Virus record (IMG/VR): IMGVR_UViG_3300037507_003370
Span: 96,001-160,000 of that record
DNA from: a virus
Taxonomy: Duplodnaviria > Caudoviricetes
Direction: 5' to 3' (one strand)
DNA: 64,000 nt
Made by a program: the position numbers and the translations under genes. Below the pieces are notes generated by a model that was given only the letters and a program-made list of their open reading frames with translations, had not been told where the DNA came from and did no database searches. Positions 57,135 to 64,000 of the stretch are shown piece by piece. Numbering within the stretch: the first letter of the stretch is position 1; every line of letters begins with the position of its first letter.

Positions 57135-57274
57135 TAATCAATAAACATATAGGATACAAAATTTTTTGATCTTTTGATGCCATTGTCAAAAGTTCCATTA
57201 TTGATCTTTTTAAGATCAGTAAGTCCTTTGGTAATCCCAGCAAATATAGCCAAAACCAATAATATATATGTCAT
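57131..57274 (-). CDS. Small hydrophobic protein (47 aa)
   Basis: MTYILLVLAIFAGI...; ATG at 57274 just after the upstream stop. Confidence 0.5.
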   Translation of the reverse strand: MTYILLVLAIFAGITKGLTDLKKINNGTFDNGIKRSKNFVSYMFIDY

Positions 57275-57281
57275 ATCAATT

Positions 57282-57857
57282 CTATTTTTTAATAAAAGTA
57301 GTGTTAGGTTGGTAAACAAAAGTTGTGTAATCTCCCCATATATCATCTATCAAGTCACTTATGAAGGACCAGTTACCTCCAGAAAATCCGCATCCAAATT
57401 TTGGGGCATGTATTTGGAATAAGGGTCTATTAGATACATTTTTATCAATATTGTTTTTTATAAAAATACTAATATGAGACATGCATTTGGCTAAAGATCC
57501 ATAGTTTATTAGTCTCTTATTAGATAATTTTGAAGGTTGATTGTGGCAAATCATATTTGCAAAAATTAATTTGTGTCTATATTCTGATTTTATTGGAATA
57601 TCTATAAATTGCACATGTCCAGGATTTGTTTTAATAAAATTTTGACCTAGTAACAAAAAATTTGTTTCTACTTCTGGATAAAGATCCGCAATGTTCTTGG
57701 CAAAACCATTTTTAAAGGTATTTGTATTTCCGCATATATGAGGAATTAAGATAGAAGATCCATTAACACCTGATTTTAGAATACTGTTGACAGTATCAAA
57801 TATATTATTCTGACTCATTCTAAAAGAATGAGAATTGATTAGAGCGTTTCTTGGCAT
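57282..57857 (-). CDS. Macrodomain (ADP-ribose processing, Poa1p-like) protein
   Basis: IPHICGN...GFAKNIADLYP; IHAPKFGCGFSGGNW. Confidence 0.75.
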   Translation of the reverse strand: MPRNALINSHSFRMSQNNIFDTVNSILKSGVNGSSILIPHICGNTNTFKNGFAKNIADLYPEVETNFLLLGQNFIKTNPGHVQFIDIPIKSEYRHKLIFANMICHNQPSKLSNKRLINYGSLAKCMSHISIFIKNNIDKNVSNRPLFQIHAPKFGCGFSGGNWSFISDLIDDIWGDYTTFVYQPNTTFIKK

Positions 57858-57876
57858 GGTTCTTCTCCTTTAACGT

Positions 57877-57904
57877 ATGATAGCACAAAAGGAGCCGAAG
57901 TCAA
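57877..57904 (-). promoter_or_regulatory. Sigma70-type promoter of the macrodomain operon
   Basis: TTGACT-N16-TATCAT with TG extension; AAGGAG SD downstream. Confidence 0.7.
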
Positions 57905-57913
57905 ATCATGTAT

Positions 57914-59218
57914 TCATGGCGTTTCGTCACAATAGTGTCTGGACTCTAGGATACCATACCTGAGATAGTGAACTTTTGCTTTTATCTCGTTTGTTATTTC
58001 GCCTTTTTTAAGATCTGAATTTAATGATAGATATTTTTTCCAATCAAAATTTGAAGGAAGTTTATTTAAATTATATATACGTCCTTCTTTTGATCCATTA
58101 TTAATAAAATGACTTAAAGCATAAGCTTCTATAGCGTTTTCTGATAGTGCATGAATTGGTATTTCTTTTATTATATCTTCATTACATATGAGATATATAT
58201 TATATTCAAATTGATCAGGAATGCCCAATGATTTATATATTTTGTTTCTATTTTCATCATTAATTTTTAAAAATTTACCATAAGTATCTGGATATGTATC
58301 TATAAAAGGAAACAAAAAATAAGAAGAGTCATACTTATCTATTTTTTTTGAAATGTTTCCATATTTTTCAATCATCTTATTATTAAGAATTAGATTAGAC
58401 TCAGTAAATATAGAGAATATATACTTATTTTGAGTTTTGTATACCTCTCTTGAGGTATCTTCTTTGCCATCATTTTTCCATGACCCATTCCTTACTCTAT
58501 TAAATTTTCTAGTTAAGTAATAGTTAAGTGATTGTGTAATATAATGGGCTAAAAAAATATCAGCTTTTGTCGGATCTAGATTATCAGGCAAGATAATACT
58601 TTTAGAATTTGGGTGGTGTGCTCTGTGTTCAAAGTGAATATAATCATGATATATAGAATCAGCAGATATATAATTTTGAATTTTATTATCCCAAATAATA
58701 TGATCTATTAATATTTTTGATTTTATCAAACACTTCATAGTTGGAGATGGTGGCTCTTGGCTACTGTAGGATACAACAGAATTGGAGTACTGAAAAGTAT
58801 CAATAATTGAATCATAAATTGATTGATTCTCTATAAATCCGTGACCAAATAATATCCATCTAAAACCTATGGTATCATATTCATTATAACCATCAGATAA
58901 AAATTCTTGGATAGTATCATAATTTTTTAGATATAGAAATTCATCAGCATCAATAAAGAAACAATATTCATAATTATTTTTAGATAAAATATTATCAATA
59001 AAATATTTAGCATCAGATCCTTGTGATCCGGTTTCATATTTTAATATAGTTATTAGTGATAAATATTTTTTATCTATAAAATACTGTATATTAAATTTAG
59101 AATTTAAATCTTCTCTGATAAATATATGATTGAAACCTAAATTTATGTAATGAGATATAAACTGATTAATATTTAATTCATCTAAACATGTACAATATAT
59201 ACAACATGTATCATTCAT
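57914..59218 (-). CDS. GT-A glycosyltransferase (GT2/GT92-like) with two C-terminal F(D/E)x..Y...N.D repeats
   Basis: HYINLGFNHIFI, FIDADEFL, LAHY; C-terminal repeats. Confidence 0.75.
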   Translation of the reverse strand: MNDTCCIYCTCLDELNINQFISHYINLGFNHIFIREDLNSKFNIQYFIDKKYLSLITILKYETGSQGSDAKYFIDNILSKNNYEYCFFIDADEFLYLKNYDTIQEFLSDGYNEYDTIGFRWILFGHGFIENQSIYDSIIDTFQYSNSVVSYSSQEPPSPTMKCLIKSKILIDHIIWDNKIQNYISADSIYHDYIHFEHRAHHPNSKSIILPDNLDPTKADIFLAHYITQSLNYYLTRKFNRVRNGSWKNDGKEDTSREVYKTQNKYIFSIFTESNLILNNKMIEKYGNISKKIDKYDSSYFLFPFIDTYPDTYGKFLKINDENRNKIYKSLGIPDQFEYNIYLICNEDIIKEIPIHALSENAIEAYALSHFINNGSKEGRIYNLNKLPSNFDWKKYLSLNSDLKKGEITNEIKAKVHYLRYGILESRHYCDETP

Positions 59219-59226
59219 ATAATTTT

Positions 59227-59916
59227 TTAATAGGTTGAGGTATTATATCCAGTATTGTAACAGCATCCATTAACCAGATGAGCAGCCCTGTAATTATTTT
59301 TCATTGCAATAAGATTACATTTATATTCTGTTATAACTCCAGGCTCATTTTCATTATCCATGTGTTCTGCATAGCCATTTGGAAAAAATTTATTATAATC
59401 CGATTTTCTTCTTAATCCAGGATTGAAACTAAATCCACACCAATTTCCTGTATTTGGAACAGATACCATTCTGTATTTTATATTATTTCCAATAGATAAG
59501 ATATTATTTTCAAAAAGAGTTTTATAACTTCCTTCATTTTCAGCCATATGATCATGGGAGTGTCTACACCATATCTGATGTATATCTGGTCTACGAGAAA
59601 GTATTTCTATAGAATCAAGAATAAAATTTTTATTACCACCAAAAATATAATCATCTTCTATATGAAATATATATTCCGTATCAATCATATTATATATTTT
59701 GTCTATGGATTTAATTTGACCAATTCTAGATTCGTTTTTCAAGAAATCAACATCTGGATATTTATCTTTTAATAAAACAAGATCTACTGCTGGATTATCT
59801 TCTAAAACAATAAATCTTTCAATAGGATAAGTATTAAGGTTTAAAAATGTTAATATACATTGATCTAATGATTGTATTCTACCATAAGATGTTACACAGA
59901 CGCTTACTTTGGTCAT
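59227..59916 (-). CDS. GT2-like glycosyltransferase
   Basis: VCVTSYGR, YIFHIEDDY, FSFNPGLRR. Confidence 0.75.
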   Translation of the reverse strand: MTKVSVCVTSYGRIQSLDQCILTFLNLNTYPIERFIVLEDNPAVDLVLLKDKYPDVDFLKNESRIGQIKSIDKIYNMIDTEYIFHIEDDYIFGGNKNFILDSIEILSRRPDIHQIWCRHSHDHMAENEGSYKTLFENNILSIGNNIKYRMVSVPNTGNWCGFSFNPGLRRKSDYNKFFPNGYAEHMDNENEPGVITEYKCNLIAMKNNYRAAHLVNGCCYNTGYNTSTY

Positions 59917-60159
59917 TTACCATCTTCCTTCTGGGCATTTTTGATCAGCCCATGCTAATTTATTTAGAAATATTTTTTTATTAGATAGATTGCATCCGCA
60001 TATCTTACATTCTGATTTAACAGAATCGTATTTCTCGCAAGCAACACATATGTTAAATCTTCTATTTATTTCTTCTTGAGAACTTTTAGGCAAGCCTGCG
60101 TTAATATGAAACCATAAAGATCTTAAAAAGGTTTTGATTTTAATAATTGTTAATGTCAT
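59917..60159 (-). CDS. DUF6171-like Cys-rich protein
   Basis: RRFNICVACE...CKICGC...NKLAWADQKCPEGRW. Confidence 0.75.
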   Translation of the reverse strand: MTLTIIKIKTFLRSLWFHINAGLPKSSQEEINRRFNICVACEKYDSVKSECKICGCNLSNKKIFLNKLAWADQKCPEGRW

Positions 60160-60388
60160 CTTTTTTCGTTTCTATGAAAGGAACTATATTATTATCTTTA
60201 TCAGTATAGAATAATTGTATAATTTCTATCATTGTATTAGGCTCTAGCCATCTAGAAGAACCATCAGTTATAGAAATGCAAAGTCTTTGTCCGTTCTTTT
60301 TAAAATCGGATGTTACTATATAATAGCAATTATTATGGTTGATACAATTTCCACTATTGACTAATTCAATGTATTTCATTTTTTCCAT
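60140..60388 (-). CDS. Hypothetical protein (start may be 60379)
   Basis: 82-aa coupled ORF. Confidence 0.65.
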   Translation of the reverse strand: MEKMKYIELVNSGNCINHNNCYYIVTSDFKKNGQRLCISITDGSSRWLEPNTMIEIIQLFYTDKDNNIVPFIETKKDDINNY

Positions 60389-61121
60389 ATGTATAAGAGG
60401 TTGTTATGCACGGCATGTTACTTGGGTATTTATTTTCTATATATTTTGCACATTCAGATAATTCAAAGTCTACATTAGGACCTCTTTCACTTTGATCCTT
60501 ACAATTATGATGTACTAGTGCTGGTAATACATAATTTTTCATACCTTTGTTTTGTGACTGTAAACATATGTCAAGACCATAAGAATGATTATACGGTATA
60601 TTAGTGTCAAAAGATAGATTTTGATTATTTTTTACCACTAAAAAACATTCGTCCAAATATGATATTTCAGATGGAGTACTATATTCGGGGCTTAATAATA
60701 TTGTTCCCCATTTTTTATTGTTTTTTTCTTTCAAACATCCTATATTTATATATCCTGGTCCTTTTGCGGCAATTATTTTACCATCGCTAACAGGATATTG
60801 AATTGATCTATTATTTCTTATGTTAAGAACCCCTGCGGTTCCGCAAACACCCCAATTGCAATCTATATCATTTAGCTTAAATATTGAAGAAATAAGTTCA
60901 TCTTGGAATTTTTCATGAAAAAATACATCATTATGAGCATAAGCTATGTATGTAGAATTAGTTATTGTAATAGAAGAATATGAGTCAACACATTTTTTAA
61001 ACCCATTGATCCTTATAAATGGAAAAACTTTATCTATATATATTTTTGACTTTGCAATATTTTTCTCAAATACACCAGAATTATCATCTGATACTACAAA
61101 GGTAAAAAGATTTTTAGCCAT
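60366..61121 (-). CDS. GT-A glycosyltransferase-like protein
   Basis: YAHNDVFF, GVCGTAG, LDECFL, YGLDICLQ. Confidence 0.7.
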   Translation of the reverse strand: MAKNLFTFVVSDDNSGVFEKNIAKSKIYIDKVFPFIRINGFKKCVDSYSSITITNSTYIAYAHNDVFFHEKFQDELISSIFKLNDIDCNWGVCGTAGVLNIRNNRSIQYPVSDGKIIAAKGPGYINIGCLKEKNNKKWGTILLSPEYSTPSEISYLDECFLVVKNNQNLSFDTNIPYNHSYGLDICLQSQNKGMKNYVLPALVHHNCKDQSERGPNVDFELSECAKYIENKYPSNMPCITTSYTYGKNEIH

Positions 61122-61127
61122 GATGAA

Positions 61128-61352
61128 TTATGTGTAATCGTTCCATTCTTCCCATATCTCGTCAGCTCTAATAGAATTTTTTTTATTTTTGAATTCTTTT
61201 TTTGCCTTATTTAAGTGTTTATATTCATCACTAATAGACTCTGTTTCTTTTTGTCTATTTTTAGAAATTTTATTTCTTCTTTGTGTCTTTTCTGACTCAG
61301 TTAAGTTATTATCTTTATTGTTGTCTTTATTGTTGTCTTTATTATTGATCAT
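61128..61352 (-). CDS. Small charged protein with NNKD repeats
   Basis: 74-aa ORF coupled to the upstream gene. Confidence 0.6.
   Translation of the reverse strand: MINNKDNNKDNNKDNNLTESEKTQRRNKISKNRQKETESISDEYKHLNKAKKEFKNKKNSIRADEIWEEWNDYT
61309..61344. repeat. Three copies of a 12-bp unit (TT(A/G)TCTTTATT(G/A))
   Basis: Read directly; in frame, encodes NNKD x3. Confidence 0.9.
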
Positions 61353-61957
61353 GGTATATATTTAAAAAGTTCTGGATGATGTATTCCGTGAAAACCAAAT
61401 GGTATATTATTTTTATCGTAATCGCCAACTTCTATCGAAAATCTATACCCTAATTCCGTTGGAGCAAATTTACATCCACAATCTTCAAAGTATTTTCTGT
61501 AATAAAATGCCAATATGAAATCTTCTGGTAGATCTTTCCTTACTCCAGCCATTAGGATTTCGTTATAATCAATATTAGGAATCAGATTTTTCTGTGCAGC
61601 AAGAAATTTCTTACTTCTCAAACTAAATCCACCATTTCCGCAAATATGATTAAATGGAGGCCAAGGAGCGCCTATGTAGTCATATTCTAGAAATTCTGGC
61701 GTCCAAGCATTAGGGTTTATTATGAAACCGTCCCACTGAATGACTAAAACATATGATGTAGATATAATATATGGTAATTTATTTATAATAAATTGACTAT
61801 AGTCTACAGTATTTTTTAGCGTTTGGTTCTTAATAAGAACAGTATCAGCGAACTCAGCATAATGTTCACATGTTTTTATCGCTTTTTCTGTCTCTTCTAT
61901 TTTTATAGACGTTGTAGAGAACAGTGTAACATGCTTCATATTTAATTTTTTAGCCAT
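61349..61957 (-). CDS. DUF5672-family (GT-A-like) protein
   Basis: LVIQWDGFII, YDYIGAPW, GNGGFSLRSKK, EDF, FGFHG. Confidence 0.8.
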   Translation of the reverse strand: MAKKLNMKHVTLFSTTSIKIEETEKAIKTCEHYAEFADTVLIKNQTLKNTVDYSQFIINKLPYIISTSYVLVIQWDGFIINPNAWTPEFLEYDYIGAPWPPFNHICGNGGFSLRSKKFLAAQKNLIPNIDYNEILMAGVRKDLPEDFILAFYYRKYFEDCGCKFAPTELGYRFSIEVGDYDKNNIPFGFHGIHHPELFKYIP

Positions 61958-61963
61958 ACAAAT

Positions 61964-61991
61964 ATAATAATTAGTAGGCTTGACCTGTCAA
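61964..61991 (-). promoter_or_regulatory. Sigma70-type promoter, leaderless for 61957; its -35 lies in the palindrome TTGAC-CT-GTCAA shared with a divergent promoter
   Basis: TTGACA-N16-TATTAT, then 6 nt to the ATG; + strand TTGACC at 61980 with TATATA/TATATT downstream. Confidence 0.65.
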
Positions 61992-62060
61992 ACAAAAACT
62001 ATATATATTATGCAGGGCGCTGGATTATTATATCAATACATAAACTCAAAACTAACCCAT

Positions 62061-63701
62061 ATGAATAACATAACGCTGGTTACTGGCATATGGGATCTAA
62101 ATAGGTCAAATGCCCCAGAGGGTTGGAATAGAGACTTTTCTCATTATAAGAGTAAGTTCATAGAACTGCTAACTGCTACACAACATATTAATCTTTGTGT
62201 TTTTATAGATAAAGAAAATGAACAATTAGTCTGGGATTACAGAAAAAAAGAAAATACAAAAGTATATTACCATTCAAAAGAAGATTTTTCTGGTAATTTT
62301 TTCCCATTTTTTGATAGAGTTCAAGAAATAAGAAATAGTCCAGAATGGAAGGATCAAGTTGGATGGTTAAAGGATAGTACTCAGTCAACTATGGAATTTT
62401 ACAATCCCATGGTGATGAGTAAGATGTTCATGCTGCATAATGCAAAAATATTTAATCCATTTAATGATGATTATTATTATTGGATAGATGGAGGAATAAC
62501 GAACACGATACATTATGGATATTTTAGTCACGATAAAGTTATAGAAAATGTTCCTAATATATGCGATAAATTCTTATTTGTTTGTTTTCCGTATGAAACA
62601 ACCACAGAAATCCATGGTTTTGACATAAAAGGAATGAAGAAATATTGCAAGTCAGAAAATGTTGATAGAGTTGCCAGGGGAGGATTTTTTGGAGGCCATA
62701 AAGACTATATAGCAAAAACTAATGAAATATACTACGGTCTGCTTAATGATTCATTAAATGATGGATACATGGGTACAGAAGAAAGTATATTTACTATAAT
62801 GACTTATTTGTATCCTGAAACTTTTAAATTTGAACTAATAGAAAATAATGGATTATTAGGAACGTTTTTTGAAAACTTAAAAAATAATTTCATAAATTTA
62901 TCAAAACCTAAATCTATAGAGGACAATAAACTTGTTCTTTATATTAATACTTTTAATTGTCCTAAACAATTAGAGCTATTAATAAATTCTTTTCATCAAC
63001 ATGATGTAAGATTTCTTCAAGATACAAAAATTATTTTAATAAATAACTCTACTGACGATATACTTCAATGTGATTATGATTTGTTAGTTAATAAATATAA
63101 TATGACCGAGATAAAAATGGGCAATCTTGGTGTTTGCGGAGGAAGACAATACGCTGCCGAACATTTTGATGCCTTAAATAATAAATATATGATATTCTTT
63201 GAAGATGATATGTTATTAGATTTATCTGATACTAAATGTTCTTTTGGCTTCTCAAAAAATGTAAATAACTTGTTTACAAATATGCAAAGAATAATGGATA
63301 TAGAAAAATATGATTTCTTAAAACTAACATTTTCTGAATTTTATGGAGACAATCATTTACAATGGTCCTGGCATAACGTGCCAAGTCCAAGAAAAGAAGA
63401 ATACTTTGGTAATATTAATGAAAAACCATTAACAAAATTTTCTCATATAAAATCTTATGATAAAGTCCCGTATATAGAGGGAGAGGTTTACTATTCTAAT
63501 TGGCCTCATATTATAGGTAAATCTGGAAATAAAAAGATGTTTCTGGATACCAAATGGACCTATCCATACGAACAAACATGGATGAGTCATTTTTATACAT
63601 TAACTTTAGAAAAAACAATTAAACCAGCAATTTTATTATCTAGTCCAATAACACATAATAGGGTATATTTCTATGAAGGGTCACAAAGAAAAGAAAACTA
63701 A
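62061..63701 (+). CDS. HtrL/WlaTC-like glycosyltransferase fused to a GT2-like domain
   Basis: TLVTGIWDL, SKMFML, YWIDGG, GGFFGG, GTEESIFT; second domain IFFEDDML. ATG 62061 preferred over TTG 61980. Confidence 0.75.
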   Translation: MNNITLVTGIWDLNRSNAPEGWNRDFSHYKSKFIELLTATQHINLCVFIDKENEQLVWDYRKKENTKVYYHSKEDFSGNFFPFFDRVQEIRNSPEWKDQVGWLKDSTQSTMEFYNPMVMSKMFMLHNAKIFNPFNDDYYYWIDGGITNTIHYGYFSHDKVIENVPNICDKFLFVCFPYETTTEIHGFDIKGMKKYCKSENVDRVARGGFFGGHKDYIAKTNEIYYGLLNDSLNDGYMGTEESIFTIMTYLYPETFKFELIENNGLLGTFFENLKNNFINLSKPKSIEDNKLVLYINTFNCPKQLELLINSFHQHDVRFLQDTKIILINNSTDDILQCDYDLLVNKYNMTEIKMGNLGVCGGRQYAAEHFDALNNKYMIFFEDDMLLDLSDTKCSFGFSKNVNNLFTNMQRIMDIEKYDFLKLTFSEFYGDNHLQWSWHNVPSPRKEEYFGNINEKPLTKFSHIKSYDKVPYIEGEVYYSNWPHIIGKSGNKKMFLDTKWTYPYEQTWMSHFYTLTLEKTIKPAILLSSPITHNRVYFYEGSQRKEN

Positions 63702-64000
63702 TAGCATTTTTGTACAGATAGCATCTTATAGGGATCCTCAATTAATTCCAACATTAGAGGATATGATTAATAATGCTAAGTATCCAGAAAATTTATCTAT
63801 AGGAATAGCATGGCAACATCATCCAGACGATGATTTTGATAATCTGGATAAATACAAAAAAGATAAAAGATTTAAAATATTAGATATAGATTATAAAGAT
63901 AGTAAAGGTGTTTGCTGGGCCAGAAATGCTGTTCAGAAATTATATGATGGAGAAAAATATACCTTGCAAATAGATAGTCATCACAGATTTGCAAAAAATT
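63673..64000 (+). CDS. GT60/Gnt1-like GlcNAc transferase, 3'-truncated; absent from the ORF track
   Basis: Translated by hand: SIFVQIASYRDPQLIPT...SKGVCWARN...YTLQIDSHHRF. Confidence 0.8.
   Translation, partial: MKGHKEKKTNSIFVQIASYRDPQLIPTLEDMINNAKYPENLSIGIAWQHHPDDDFDNLDKYKKDKRFKILDIDYKDSKGVCWARNAVQKLYDGEKYTLQIDSHHRFAKN

Noticed and set aside
61980-62060. 27-aa N-terminal extension from TTG 61980
   Set aside because: The TTG is part of the promoter palindrome; family similarity begins at MNNITLVTG (62061)
1594-62388. Numerous 60-105 aa ORFs antisense or out of frame inside larger genes (e.g. 6479, 9511, 26791, 34510, 40258, 46221, 48575)
   Set aside because: Fully nested in well-supported genes and hydrophobic/low-information as expected from AT-rich shadow frames
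1-64000. Stop-codon reassignment, tRNA/rRNA genes, integrase or transposase
   Set aside because: Conserved genes are full length under code 11; no cloverleaf, rRNA or recombinase signatures seen by eye

Overview
AT-rich (about 30% GC by eye, not computed), almost fully coding segment of a large dsDNA bacteriophage. No rRNA, tRNA, CRISPR array or integrase was seen. Layout: (1) 1-12787, + strand: very large, probably virion/tail proteins. (2) 12788-61957, - strand, tightly coupled genes: Rad52-like annealing protein, a glycosyltransferase operon, SSB, a DnaE-type polymerase split into two intein-free genes with a DnaQ-like exonuclease and an RCC1-repeat gene between them, a PD-(D/E)xK nuclease, dNMP kinase, primase, DnaB, RecA, HNH, PhoH, class II ribonucleotide reductase, dCMP deaminase, a membrane-protein/papain-like peptidase block, DeoC-like, ClpP-like, sigma-70-like and bacterioferritin-like genes, GMP reductase, a nucleoside deoxyribosyltransferase-like gene, a macrodomain and more glycosyltransferases. 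(3) 62061-64000, + strand: further glycosyltransferases. Best leads: the intein-less split DnaE; about 14 carbohydrate-active genes, one block sitting inside the replication operon; a holin-like block whose only hydrolase is a papain-family peptidase; several host-enzyme homologues with eroded active sites; two promoter classes, with two apparently leaderless genes; and a probable AUU start codon. All family calls come from motifs read by eye, with no database search. A Planctomycetota/PVC-type host is only a weak inference.
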